The position numbers and the translations under genes were made by a program. A stretch of 53,499 bases of DNA, the filler included, from Asterionella formosa (lineage: Eukaryota): assembly GCA_002256025.1 (NCBI GenBank). It is 4 parts of 4 records of this genome, joined end to end, with 100 filler letters (N's around TTAATTAATTAA, not from the genome) between each part and the next. Parts side by side here need not be neighbours in the genome. Positions count along the whole stretch, not along the records: positions 1 to 13,321 come from NKIB01006798.1; positions 13,422 to 26,732 come from NKIB01006805.1; 2 more parts are not named here. The stretch is one strand, 5' to 3'. Below, piece after piece: positions 1 to 14,105 of this stretch. Position 1 is the first letter of the stretch. The number at the start of each line of letters is the position of its first letter. Below the pieces are notes generated by a model. The model was not told where the DNA came from. It saw only the letters and a program-made list of their open reading frames with translations, and ran no database searches.

Positions 1-829
1 GAAAATTGGTCTCCACTCTAATTTCAGTCTATCCAGGAGCTTCTTGTCAGGGGATAGTGACGGTGGATCAAGAAGGCGAAATGGTCTGACAATGCCTGGT
101 TGTCCATTTAGCCATAGACTCCACCCTGTCCGGCGGAGAATCTTTTCAGGAAACTGCCAACCCCTTGGTACCTGCCAAAACTTTCCATCATAGTAGTACA
201 AAGTATGATCTATCCCCTTCTGTTGACCTTGTTGATGTTCTTGTTCAGGGAGTGGTCAAGTTACCTGATCATTTGTTATTCCACCTTGTTGAAGCTGATC
301 ACAAAGCACCTGTTCAAGCTGTTTGTGATGCTCTTTCAACCGATTGTTTAGAAAATCGATTGTAATGACACCACCACAGATGTCATGCTCTTCAATTGCT
401 TGAACTACAGAAGCTTTGATTTCCTCTGTCTGATGCATCATCATTGATGTTAACTGAGTGACTTTTAGAAGAATCTCACTCAATTTTTGTGAGTGATCAA
501 TATGTGGTGGGATCCCTGTGGCTTGGGGCATGTTGTCAGTTCTATCAAGTGTCACAAATTTTTGCAAGCGCTGAAGGAGGCCAGGATATTGCAATAGTGG
601 AATTGCTGAAAATGGGTGGTTTGGTTGTTTCTCAATTACATGTTTAACAAAGGCACCCATGTGATAAACAACTGAGAGTGACATTGATCCCATTGTACTT
701 TAAGTCTTCTGTGTTTGTGTGTTGGAAAAAATTTGGGTTTCTTGCATGCTCTTGAGAAATTGAAATAACTCCACCTGCTGCAGTATACTGAGGGTATTGA
801 TCTTTCAACCATTGAATTATTACCTTCAA
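1..829 (-). mobile_element. Degraded Crypton-like (CryptonS-type C-terminal region) element remnant, cut by window edge
   Basis: Minus-strand fragments read ...QATGIPPHI... (ORF 256-693) and, further 3', GKFWQVPRGWQFP...GWSLWLNGQPGIVRPFRLL. I recall these motifs from oomycete/diatom Crypton-related proteins. The frame is broken near 256 and 690, and no recombinase catalytic core is visible. Confidence 0.5.
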
Positions 830-999
830 TCTGTTGCGGTGTTCCTGTTTTGTTTTCAGCTTTTGCCTGTTATCTTCTGTCTCTTGAATTTGACCCAGTG
901 CTCATCATGGACATCAATATTGTCTATCAAATACCTCCTACCTGGTACTGCGCTAATGACATTGTACGTCCACAAAGCACACCCCGATAGTTGAAGTGG

Positions 1000-1025
1000 A
1001 AAGTATACACTTGAGTGTATACTTT
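1000..1025. repeat. Perfect inverted repeat, 12-bp arms
   Basis: aaagtatacact-tg-agtgtatacttt; partial copies of the arm near 1087 and 1132. Confidence 0.85.
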
Positions 1026-2059
1026 TGTACGGCTACCTGAGGAGCATCGTGGAACCTGGTACGTGAGAGGAATTGAGTAGAGTCTAAAAGTATACAAAAA
1101 GTGTAGACTAACCACCAGATAACTGCCGTTTAGTGTATACTATTTGCTGGTATGTAACAGATAAAAAACGCATTTTTTCGAGTGAGTCAATCCTCATGTA
1201 GAACGATGGTATATTTGCAATGTAATCCTTCATATGCGAACAGTCAAGACACTGATGGTGATGGCAAATCGATGCAACTATTTTCGGACAGAGGGAGGAG
1301 TACAGTACACAGTAAAAATTTTACATCAAACATTTCGAAAATGATGGTTGTGGTTAGAAGCGGCCTCAATAATAGTTGGTAATTGAGTTTACTTCACAGC
1401 CATACTTATATAATTAAACTACCGGTAGTTTCTTTGCGAGATAGTCATGAAATGAAGGGTCCTCAATTGCAACATGATTTTCGTCATTGTTCAGCCAATC
1501 TGGTCATGTTTTAGAATTAGCTACTAGGCCAATATAGCTACATGATAAGAAACGTTACTGGTATTCTATTACAGCATGAACAGGATTGACTGAGAAAGGC
1601 AAAGTTGAAAAATTAGCAAACCTGTGAATTATGCCTCTCACAAAGTTCTAGTGTTAGCATGTTTTCTAAGGAGAAACATCAAATGTAGAGAAATTAGTAG
1701 AGAAAATACCACCACCATGCCAAGCCTGATTCAAGCGACGATACTCTACCAACTGGACTGCTTTGCTCCTATATTCCAAGGGGCCTATTACGTTTGGAAG
1801 ACATTGAAGTCATGTAATGATGAAATCAACAGTTTGGTGGACAGTCGTCTGAAGCACCCATTAGCTACCAACAAGAGACGCAGTCGTGGGAATTACTTTG
1901 GTCATTGTACTGTAGATTTTTCTTTGTATTCGTTTCCTACATCAAAAATGCAAAGCTCCTATCAGGGGGGAACAAGTAAAAGGTGACAAAGTATTGGGAG
2001 TATCGCTATATTTATCCTACCCTAGCCTACCACCGTATGTGCAATTATGATCACCCCCT

Positions 2060-2434
2060 TTATGCGGCACTATTCCCAACCGTCCTGCGTCGTCGTTCCA
2101 ACGACAGAAGCGTAATCGAATCTCTGCTTCCAAACGGACTCAAGTCCATATTTTGAAAGAGAAGGTCGATAGCCTTCGCTTCTTCTTCTTCCTGTTCCTC
2201 TTCTTCCTGCTTCTCTTCCTCGCTTTGCATGTTGTCACATGGGTCGGTATCAGGTTCAGAGGAAATCTCTTCATTGTTATGTGACGAGTCGGGGCAAGAG
2301 TTCTCATTTGACAGGAAAACATCTTGGCTGGTCTCGTCTGGGATGATGCCGCAACAAGAACAGCAAATTGTATTCTCATCGAGGTCAGAGGAGGAGTTCG
2401 CCACGGCGACGTTCTTGGGCATTTGTTTCGTCAT
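2060..2434 (-). CDS. Small acidic hypothetical protein (CCSCC motif, Glu-rich tract)
   Basis: 124-aa ORF with coding-like GC content and an EEEKQEEEEQEEEE tract; no family recognised. Confidence 0.35.
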   Translation of the reverse strand: MTKQMPKNVAVANSSSDLDENTICCSCCGIIPDETSQDVFLSNENSCPDSSHNNEEISSEPDTDPCDNMQSEEEKQEEEEQEEEEAKAIDLLFQNMDLSPFGSRDSITLLSLERRRRTVGNSAA

Positions 2435-3786
2435 TTTGGCAGGAGCAATTTCTTTTCGAGGATTTAAAGGAGCGGGGCTGTGTGAAGTTCTTCCGTCTCA
2501 ATATAATAATAATCTGTGGAAAGTGCAATCCTCGGCTGCAATATCACAAGTTCGAATGGTTGTGAGAACAATCGTCATGTGGCAACTCAATATTAAGTAC
2601 GGATAAACTTGTGCACGATTTCACAATACCGGTACGTAGGGCGAATAGGCATAATTACCTAGTGATTGCGATGCTTCAATGTGCAGGTGTTGGTTTGCTT
2701 CTGTTTTGTACGAGCAAAGCCATGCTGCCGCGCGCATTATTTACTTCGATGACCTTCGAACAACAGAAGCCCTACTGTACCTACTGTACTTTCGACATGG
2801 AGGCCTTGGAATACAGTACAGTCAGTACATGTAAGGAGTCATAGAAACCGATTGAACTCCCGGTAATTTCTTGCCGGAAACTAAACGAGACATTCTGCTG
2901 AACTTGTTTCCTTAGAGCATCCTTAGATGCATGTGAAATTCATCCATCTGCCTATAATACTCGTGGAAGTTAAGTTTCACTGTCTCAGGTACAGGTGAAG
3001 GGGGGAGGTACTTTCTGTTCCAAGGTTTTCTAGAAATTGCTAGCTAGCTCAATCATTGCAAGTGTGTTTCAAGACTGTCATTCTTACGGAAGTACCTGGT
3101 ACTGGAATAAATTTTATGCATGGCATCTCTATAAAAATTGAGAATGACTTGTTCCTGGTCTTTTGTAAATATTTCAAACCACCGACTTATCCGTCGCTGG
3201 CATCGTCTCGTGTGAAACGCATATTGGAGCATGGATACCGATATGCCAGCAGTTGTTGAATACCGGCAATCGATCCAGCATGTGACATTGCTTATCGATC
3301 TGTGTTCCGGTACCGGTAACGGTACATGGTACCTCGTACCTGGTACCAGGTACAGTACTTTCTTCGAAAGTACGTTCGTGCGTTTTTGTCGACTGTGGTG
3401 TGACAGTACTGAAGTGAGCCAAGATTCGATTTGGGTCACTATGATCGTGTAACCTTCCGATTCACGGAAGCCTCGTCGTCTAAATGACCCTTAAATGTAG
3501 AACTCCACAGTGATTGGCTCCTATTCATAACTGTTGTTCCTATCGTGGTATTCGTTCTACCCATTTTGTTGTGTACCGTATGTGTTTCCCACCCTTGTAG
3601 GGTTCTTGGTGGTCGACGCTGCGTTATGTGGGTCGTTTCTTCGCATTATCATATCCACGAATTTATTATTGTTCCTTCTCTACTGGTAGTTAGTCGTAAA
3701 ATCATTGGATCTTCCAGCCAACGACAACCAACCTTTGACAGCATTTTCATATACCGGGACACAGTGAATCGATTCAAGCTGTGACC

Positions 3787-4116
3787 ATGATGAGGCCTTT
3801 TGTAAACGACAACAAGGCAAGGTCACGTGATGCTTCTACTACAGCTTCTAGTCTGTTTTCTACGGCTGCTGCTGCTGCTACTACTACTACAACTTCTACC
3901 AGCAGTCCACTCGTCCCCGTCAAGACGACCATGGAACACTTCTCCTCTATTCATAACAATTGGAATGGAGGACCATTTCGTCTTCCTCCTCCTCCACAAA
4001 TGGTGATTGTGGATGATGATGATGATGATGATAATGATAATGGCGAAGATAACAACGCTATCTTATTATCAGAAAAGAAGGAGAAAGTAACTCCCCTCGT
4101 AATTGCGCCGCCAGTG

Positions 4117-4149
<33 letters not shown>

Positions 4150-4596
4150 TCAGAGAACATGTCAGATCCAGCTCAAGAAGAAGACATGGATCATGATGGT
4201 TTGAATCTAGAATCCATTTTAGAACAAGTTATGGAAATCTTTCCTGAAGCTGACTTGGAAACAACAAGAGCCATGTTACTTCGGGCATCGTTGGAAAACG
4301 TCATGAATGAATTGGCTGAAGTATCATTTGGTGCATGGGGTGAAGTTGATAGTATTTGTGATGAGCGACGACAACGAAGACGTCGTTCTGGATCGATATG
4401 TTCTTCCATTGATAGTAGTATTGGTGATGATGATGATGACGATGACATCAGTACGTCTGATGCTGACCTTCAAGTTAAGTTGGAACAAGTCATGGAAATC
4501 TTTCCAAATGTTTCTATCAATCGGAGTGAAGAGCTATTGAAACGAAATTCTATATCCACTGTATTAGTGATTTTGGCGTCGGAAGCTGAATATTGA
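3787..4596 (+). CDS. Low-complexity protein with two CUE-like (ubiquitin-binding) repeats
   Basis: First ATG at 3787. Two copies of LEQVMEIFP followed by helices ending in hydrophobic residues, resembling the CUE 'MFP...LL' pattern. Poly-T, poly-D and poly-A tracts come from trinucleotide repeats. Confidence 0.7.
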
Positions 4597-4860
4597 GTTA
4601 TCATGTTGAGTCTACACGTCAACAGTTTTAGTACATATTATTATTTATACCTGGTGAAACATATGCCCTCTGTGCTAGTTTTTAATTTATAGAAATGCAC
4701 GTCAACTTGCTGGATGTTGATGACAAGTCGTTTGATTGTCCATTTGTTCACTGTTAGTACACTTTTGGTTGTTTTTCCTAATTATTACTCCTTTTGCTAT
4801 CTCGTGTAGATACAGCTACATATACTACATCTTATGGATTATGATAACTGCTTATGATAA

Positions 4861-5928
<1,068 letters not shown>

Positions 5929-7119
5929 CGCTGTTGTTGTTGGCAGCTCAAGATAATATAATTGTGGATTGTGGTTCCATGCGTGCGTTTAGCTTTGATT
6001 TTTGGTTTTGTCCAAGGGATTTTTTGTCACGATTTGATCCTACGTTGCAGTACGTATCAGTCATATGTACAACTGGGAATGCATACTTGTCATCACGTTT
6101 CAATATTAATACCGGACAGCTGACACTATTGCCGCCATATTGATATGGCTGCTATTTTGGCGGAACAAATTACGCATCAAAGCCCTCCATCAATTATAAG
6201 TTTCTTCCAGCGGATGTCCTACCGGTAATCGGAGTGGCTTATTTGTAGGACGGATTACATTGAAATATGCATGACTTCCATGTGAGTATCGGCTTCCTCA
6301 AAATGTCCTCTTGCACATTATTTTACATACCAGTAGTTTTATACACGGACGTGACTGTACCTCCATATTTGCTTCTCTTGATACCCAGGTATTTCCCACC
6401 TGGTACTCCACCCTAAATAATGACAGGATAAGTAACGGGCCCTACGTACGAATACGTACAGTTTTCGTTCGCTCCTCGTCCTCACCAAAATTATTTTTCG
6501 AAGGCCATATCACATGATGGAGCACTTGTCGTGTGGTGCGCCAGATGGGATTTTATTTTTGTTCTTGCTCTTGTATATATATCCCTACTTGGCACTTCGT
6601 GAAGGATGTACCAGTAAATTAATTTAGCTTGTCGTCCATCTTGTTCTACAAATACATGATGCTTTGATAGTAAAATAATATTTCATTCATTACTAACACC
6701 CGCGCATGGAGTACTTATCGTGTGCAGATACTGTAAATAGAAAATTTTGCTCTGGTATGTTCCTACTTGGAGGCCTTATACGTAAAAGATGGAAATTGAT
6801 ATAGCTTGTCAAACTTTTTCTATAGTAAAATATTGTTCGATAAATGATTTAATTTGTATCGTAGAAACAAAGTGAACCATGCATCCCCTTACATAGATCA
6901 ACAAGCACCATGTACCACCATTGTTGTTTACGTAGGAACTGCAACTGATCTGTGATCTCCACAATGTTGGGTTGCTTGCACCAGTCCAGATGAAAGACTA
7001 TTAATACAGCAGCAGCAGCTAAAATGGAAACCATATGTGATCTTCACCATGTTGGGTTGCATCGGATGAAAGAATATTATTAAAACTAAAATGGAAACCA
7101 GTTGTAATACTAGCTATAA

Positions 7120-7850
7120 GTGCCATTCATGAGAGACAGATGTGCTATGAAATTAGAATACTTCTTTGTAGATTTTTAGAGCAGCCATCTAAGAATTGAA
7201 CTTCATTCCAGTGAGTTACCAGGTAGTTTGGTTGATTGTCATTGAATTGGCCGATTATTGATTCTGATGCCACTAGCAGTTGTCCCTATGATCATCCAGG
7301 CGAAGATTATTGTATTAACACTAATATTGACAACGAAGATTGATGAATGCAATGACAACAAGAGAAAAGCAGGAATGAATGAGCACCATGGTGATTGGTA
7401 TTTAGCTAGCAACAAGGCAGGCAAATATCACAAAAAAAGCAAGAGAGTTCTTGGGGTTATAGTTAATTAGCAAACTAGGCCTACATGAGGCTACCTCGAG
7501 TTTCTTTACAATAATGCACCCAACCATTATAGCATCATCATTGTTTGCCTAGTAATGGCAACCAATAAATCACCTCATGTTGTTGGTTACACCGGATTAT
7601 GGACTTTTACAGTTAAAATGGAAAGAGTTCCAATATCTACAACAAGTACCAGTCAATTAGAGACAGATAGCTATGCTACTTAGCTAATTGGAGTGCTCCT
7701 AGATTCATAGACTAGAGCATTCCAGAGAGTTTGGGAGGTTGGTTTCTTGTCATTTGATTGCTGGCCAATTTGTTGAATCTAATGCCATTTGTTTTTCCCT
7801 ATGATCATCCAGGTGAAGATTCCATCAAAATCTTATATGCTAACATAACT
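7120..7850. repeat. Diverged direct repeat pair about 510 bp apart
   Basis: ccctatgatcatccagg(c/t)gaagatt at ~7284 and ~7797; gagacagat...gctatg at ~7133 and ~7661. Confidence 0.65.
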
Positions 7851-9049
7851 AATCAAGCAATCATGTTGCAGTGATTTAAATTCCAAACAATAATTGTTGT
7901 ACTTCAAACTCATCATAATATGTGTCTGCATTTGTGTCACCACGTAAAGTAATGCTGTCTTCATTACTTGACATGTCCATAACGTCCATCTGGTCTTCGT
8001 TTGGGTCAAATGGTGGCTTTGTTGTCATCAAAGCGTATTCCGCCTCGAAATCAATCATGGATACATCGTTTGCATCAGTGTTTCGAATTGGAGATAAATC
8101 GCCGAATGTTGAGACTGATGCAGTGTGGGATTCGCTCATATTGTCATTGCGATCACGGGGAAGCGAACTTTCCGCCATGGGGGAGAGGGATACCCTATCG
8201 ACCAGTGCGATACATAAAAGACCCTGTAGGTGTGTAGTATGATTTTTGATATCCATGCTTAGTATGCTGTTACAATTTCCACCTTGGTGAAACTTTCCAA
8301 GGACAGATAAACTGTTCACAGTTGATATGAAATCAAAGAAGCTTTGAACATAGTCTGCAAATAAAAAGTATTGTATATATAAGATCAGGGGTATTGTATG
8401 ATAACTGGCACAAATATTTTCCGTGCATGATACGCATTTTGTTATTTGTGTTACAGGTACATACATAATATATATATATATATATTATAATTGTAATGTT
8501 TGATCATTTTATTCTAATATTGATCCATATTGACTCATAACGGTAACCACAAAGTAATCATACAAATACAGTAATTGAGTAATAATAACTCAAGTCGAAA
8601 TCACTACTTCTCTTTGACTTCCAATCGCTCTTCTCATGACCATGAATTATTAATTGTATTTACAAGATCATCATCGATTTACCTTAGCTATATCCTATAT
8701 TGTGTATTTGTTCACCTTATAGCCATATTATTACCAATCGTATCTTTATGAAAGTATTTGTCCAAAATATGTGGAAACGGATTGTAATTTAACTACTAAA
8801 TTTAGAATTGTTTCAATCTATCTATATAAAGAGTTATCTCACACCGTCTCACTCCTGTTCACTCTCTTGCCTACTGCTCCCCTGTTACCCCATTTCTAAC
8901 ACAACTGTAACAGCCCATTTCGGCCTTTCCCTTGTACTTCTCTGATTCTTCCTGAAGGATAAACTGATGTTGCTGATAGCGGCGGGTTGCCTCTCCCCAT
9001 TCCCTTGTACTCCGTATCAGACAAGCTTTCCTGCATTATTAGTATTCAT

Positions 9050-9520
9050 GTTAATGGTGTAACAACTGCGAAGCAAATACTTGTTAGTCATATTACTCTT
9101 ATGCAACAACATGCAGTTCCATTCTATTTTCACTTACCATGAATAGATGTATTCCGTCACACAGGCTTTCTCAACACAATGTGTCAAATGATCCATTTCG
9201 ATTGTTCACTGCATTGACTAATGGGAAGGAAATGTGTGGAAGGCTTGTCATTTTTAGTAGCTTTTATTACAACAAGCAGCTCCAATCATGATGGTATGGT
9301 TATTTACCGCAACAATGATACAAATCCATGTTCATTTTCCATATTCCTCAATAAATCGTGAAGACATTGATGTTCAGAACTTCCATATACTGTTTGTATA
9401 CAATTTACCCTGATAGATATAAAAGGATGTGTTACTTTTGTTCAAACGGTTGATTCTTGTGAGCATTGATCCAACGACAGCACTTACCACAACCGTCATT
9501 TCTTCACATTGAATTTGTCC
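9050..9520 (-). mobile_element. Highly decayed pogo/DDE_1-like transposase remnant (paralog at ~31000-31300)
   Basis: gcattgatccaac(g/a)acagcact is shared with ~31187; the minus strand reads VLSLDQC / VLLLDQC, like the DDE_1 'LLILD' motif. Confidence 0.35.
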
Positions 9521-9539
9521 CAGTTATCAAAAATATCTA

Positions 9540-11140
9540 CACTGGCAAAAATCAAGACCCAACACTTGTACCAGCACCAGAAATGTATTTTCGAAACTAT
9601 ACTTCGAACAAAGTGGCTGCTAGATATAGTATCAATAGTCATTTGGAAAGGCAAAGCGATCGTGATATTCCAAAATTTTCATACAGATCTGGGATGACAG
9701 CTTTGTCAAAAATGTCAGGGCAAGGCAAGAAATTCCCGGATTATGTCTGTTAACTATTTTTTCAATGGGTGGAATGATGGGTTCAGAGAACATGCACCTA
9801 GAAAAGGATTTCACATTGCTATTATAGTTATGTATATCTATTCATACCGCAGTATATATCAATATGTATTGATATTTTAGAGGAAAGGGTGAAGAGATTT
9901 ATGTCAGTTACTAAGATTATGATTGGTCCCCAACGGGAAATGATATCTCAAATTGGCTTACGAATGGAAAAATTTCATGGAATGAAACATTACCCTCATC
10001 TGATTAGGAAGCTCGGATCTCCTCTTAATTTCTTTGGTGGATATTTGGAGTCTTTTTTGAAAGACAAAATGAAACAATCGACCCAGTAAGCGTGTGAACG
10101 GACAATTACATCGATTAAAGCATGACATTTTAACAAGGTCATATGAAACAAGGCAGTTTTCCTTGGCACGAAAAATTGTTTTGCAAGTAATATATTACAT
10201 ACAGAAAACAAACAAAAGAAGATTAGTAAAGTAGTACATCTGAATGTAACTGAGGGTATTTCAACAGAAATTGATTTCGAAGGAATGATTCCGGACACAA
10301 GGATGTTGCCTAGTACGTCGCCTGATAATTTGGGAATATCGCCTACCAAGATCCATTCACCATCCCTTCCTGTTAAAGTTCAATTCTCGTCTGCTTCATC
10401 ATCAAATGGTCTATGGACTATAGCAGGTGTCCCTACTAAGAAGATTGGGCATGTATCACGGAGTAAGGATGCACCCTTGTCTCAATTGGTTCATCCTGAT
10501 TTACCAAAGGGGGCCAACTACGTAAAGTGCATTGCGAATTCAGCAATAGAAATAGCAAGAATAAAAGTCTTGAAGATGGGGTTAGGCCTGTTTCCATTGT
10601 AAGGATTGACTTTTATTATCATGTTAAAATTGAAAGTAACGTTCCCAGCCAAACTACTATTTTCAGAAACCATCCGAAATGGAATAGCTAATGATTCAAA
10701 TGCAGGAATCTCTGGTCGTGAATGGTTTGACTGGGTTGAAGTGAACTGGGAGAAAGGAGATGGATCAAGTTCCTACACAGTTCCGGCAAAACTGCTTCTT
10801 TGGGGAAATGTTATTTTCTCCAACACAACAACCATTCTCTTAGCGTGTATTCGTTCCTTGAAAAGTTCAACTGAAATGAAAATTACCTCATAAACTTTTT
10901 TTGGCAAGAGGAGACGACACCTTATGCAATGATACAACTGAATTGAGCGTTGTTGAATTTCATAACATACTTTTGGCAGCATTTGTTGTTCCTGCTTTGA
11001 AACCACAGGAATCAAGGAAATTTCTGAAACCGCAAGAAGTTTTGGAACAGATACGTAAAGATAACTTTTATGTTGCCATGCCTCCACGTCATTTCTGGAA
11101 ATCAATCGGGTGGGACCAAAAACTTACAAGCGAAAGTTGA
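9540..11140 (+). mobile_element. Frameshifted Plavaka/CACTA-related transposase pseudogene (C-terminal half)
   Basis: Colinear fragments RQSDRDIPKFSYRSGMTALSKMSG, KFHGMKHYPHLIRKLGSPLNFFGGYLESFLKDKMK and REWFDWVEVNW...VPAKLLLW match motifs I recall for Plavaka-type transposases; multiple stops and frameshifts. Confidence 0.6.
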
Positions 11141-11219
11141 TAAATACACAAGAATAATATAAATAATAGTGATATAATATAGTTTCACATACTAATTAAG
11201 TTATTAGAAGGTTTTCAGA

Positions 11220-13150
11220 AACTAAAATGTCTTGTGTCCTGAGGAATGATGAGATTGGATGATCCCAATGGTCCGCCCATTATTTTTTCTTTTTCACTCG
11301 CAAAGAAACTAAGATGGTCCTTCTCGTTTCGTCCGAAATTTTTCTTTTCTTCTCCACTTTTCAACTGCAGTTCGATATGAGTCTGCAAACTTTTTCAATT
11401 TGATTCCAGAAGGGAAAGCTATCATCAGTTACATAATATTTTTTCAACTTTTTGTCAATTTTGATGCATCCAAAAATTTGGCCAAGAGGTAGATGGTTAT
11501 ACCATCTGAAGGAAGCAACTTTTTCATTCATTTATTAAATCATGGATTTCACCTTGACAACATCATCATTCTTGAAAGATGAATTGCAAGGAAGACGTCC
11601 AAATACTTTGTTCAACATTTTTAAATCTAATTAGGAGCTCAAAATTTTGTCGATACAAAATTGAAGAACAGTTATTTCCAACTGAAACATATCCTCACGA
11701 ATGTTTGTCGTTGTCACTTGAGGCCAAACTGTTCCAAGATGAAAGTATGTTGACTTGGTTGGTGAGCCAGATAAAACAGATAACAAATCTTCTGTTCGAT
11801 CAGTTGCTACCACCTGACGTTTTAAAACTTTCCAGGACTCCTTCTCCAAACGGAATTGTGCCCAGTTGCCAAGTCATTTGGTTTTGCCATTTCTTTTTAG
11901 TTGCAATAGAGTTTCCAATACTTTCACAATTGTAAATGGTCCGCATGACCATCCACTATCATCTTCTGGTTGAAATAACATGGAATCATGTTCAGTGGCC
12001 ATAATGATCTGCAATGGCACCGTGCTTTGGTGCCAGTATAGAAAGATTCCGATAAACCAATTTCTTCAGGTGTATGGTATTCTTTTGGAAGATATCCTGT
12101 ATCGGTGCCTAACAATTCCAATATTTTCGTGCATCCAGGGATGATGCAGTACTTACGGGCAAGTTGAAATAATTGATCATTATGTTCATCCAAACTTGCA
12201 TCTTTTCCTGGATCACGGACTTGACATAATCCATCATTCATAGCAAAAAGATAATGCACAAAATGGTTGTTTTCCTCCTCATCTCATCTTTTGCAAGAAA
12301 CAATCAGCACATAGTTACTTTCATGATGACATTTCACATGCTGACTCTTCACAAAAGTAGCTGCCTTCGGGATTGTTCTCGATGATTTTACAGAGAAATT
12401 CTTTTTCTTCCATGTATGAGATTTGGAAAAAGATTCAATTTGTTTCCTTCAAACTTCGTTCCCGACTCAGTAAATCAACTGCCTTAGCCAGTATGGTCAT
12501 CACATCTCTCTCTGCATTGATCTTCTTAAAATCGAGGTCTTGATCTAGCTCAGACTTTTTCTTGAATATCATTTCTTTTAGAAATGCAATAGTTTCTCTG
12601 CTGTCATGATGTTCATCTTGATGTTCTGGACGATAAGTGAGACATATTTCTTGGTTTTGCAACTTTTCAACCATTTCTACTTCAGAAGTGATGTCAGCCA
12701 CATTTCCGCCGGTGTTTTCATTCATCGCATGAATTTTTCATCAAATGAATGAGAATCACTGCGTTCTTCTTCATTATCAGCGATTTCGGGTGAATGAGCA
12801 AAGTACGACACTGGATGGTGGAACTGTGACTTTGTACGAATAGAGTCTTCATCCGCGAAGAACAACTGTTTGGGTTTCCTCTTCGAAAGCAATATTTCCT
12901 TCTTTTCAATCTTAGCCACTATTGTATCGGCATACTTCATTATTTCTTCTGGAGTATTATGAATCTGTTCAAATTCATCTGATCTTTGAGTGTATTCAAA
13001 GGAATCTTCGATTGATTTCATAAGTTTCTTCATCCTCTTCTTTTCCGAAAAAATAAAGTCGTGTAGTGTAAACAATGGAAGTAAGTCAAGTTTCTTGTTT
13101 GACTGATCCTTTCCATGAAATCTGTGAAATGCCATTTGGAAAGTTGTCAA
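11220..13150 (-). pseudogene. Long disrupted ORF convergent with the Plavaka-like transposase (possible second gene of the element)
   Basis: Chain of minus-strand charged ORF fragments (12722-13150, 12435-12725, 11924-12259) separated by frameshifts; no family recognised. Confidence 0.4.
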
Positions 13151-13321
13151 AGGGCCAGAAGACTATGATGTAAAACAGTGGAAGGGAAACGCGGAGCTTT
13201 TTGCGGCGCTTGTGGAGGTGCAACTAGTGTGATGGTAACCGAGTGTAGTAATTGTTGAACAGAGCACAGTGTAATATGCATGTTCCACCAGCGTAATGTT
13301 AACACAATACATATGCCGGCA

Positions 13322-13421
13322 NNNNNNNNNNNNNNNNNNNNNNNNNNNNNNNNNNNNNNNNNNNNTTAATTAATTAANNNNNNNNNNNNNNNNNNNNNNN
13401 NNNNNNNNNNNNNNNNNNNNN
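13322..13421. other. Artificial contig linker
   Basis: N44-TTAATTAATTAA-N44 (stops in all six frames). Confidence 0.98.
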
Positions 13422-13782
13422 GGATCTCGATTTCGCGCCTCAATTGATGTTCGACGCCGGCTTTTAGAAGCTGTGATTTCTGTAAGACCTTTATGGCGAC
13501 GATGTACTTGGTCTTCCTCTCCCGTGCCAGGTAAACAGAACCAAACTTGCCTCGTCCGAGAGGTTTGCCGATCTCGAAATCGTTCAAGCACCATTGCTTC
13601 CCCTTTGCCGCTCTTTCTTGCATCGTTACGGGCTTTTTCACATCGGCTGTTACTGCTGAGGTCAGGGATCCATTTTGAGACCCAAAGGCTCGTTTCAGAC
13701 CACCGGTTTTCACCGCTGATGAGAGGCTATCCTTCAAATTCTCTTTATCTACGGCTGTATTCGACAGCATTGCACTTGTCAT
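13422..13782 (-). CDS. Aurora kinase, N-terminal part (truncated by linker)
   Basis: [57 protein letters not shown] is the Aurora subdomain I-III signature; DKENL is a possible KEN box. Confidence 0.95.
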
Positions 13783-13932
13783 CTTTTTGATCCGAATGTA
13801 TCAACGGCCTTAGTTGGAAAGCGGACCTGTTTTATTTTGTGACATGAATGACTGTTCAGAACGGGCTGATTTGGCAAACAAACGACAACAATCGCCCTTC
13901 AGCGAGAAATTTTACGTGTGTATCGCGACAAA

Positions 13933-13965
13933 GCGCGGGAAACCGTTTGAAATCACTCAACCAAT
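13933..13965 (-). promoter_or_regulatory. Clustered cell-cycle cis-elements upstream of Aurora (E2F, MSA, CHR-like, CCAAT)
   Basis: On the gene strand: ATTGG...TTTCAAACGGTTTCCCGCGC. E2F TTTCCCGC within 13933-13942, MSA-like TCAAACGGT 13942-13950, TTTGAA 13946-13951, CCAAT 13961-13965. Confidence 0.6.
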
Positions 13966-14017
13966 GAAAACTCACCAGTGACGTTGACAGTTCGCACTAC
14001 TTATTCACTTGTACTTA

Positions 14018-14105
14018 CTGCAAGTTGCGATAATTTTGCTGAAACTAAACTATCTTTATCCCAGATGAAAACGTTAGTTTAAGCAATATGACCGCAACTT
14101 GCTGG
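14018..14105. mobile_element. ~90-bp MITE (TIR approx. CCAGCAAGTTGCGGTCAT)
   Basis: gcaagttgcgataat...atgaccgcaacttgctgg|ta; second full copy at 23856-23950; single TIRs near 21247, 27970 and 48615. Confidence 0.7.

Noticed and set aside
7876..8466. 196-aa ORF with acidic C-terminal half
   Set aside because: No recognisable motif, and the N-terminal half looks non-coding; cannot support a call
13366..13377. TTAATTAATTAA as a piggyBac target or biological motif
   Set aside because: Part of the synthetic six-frame-stop linker
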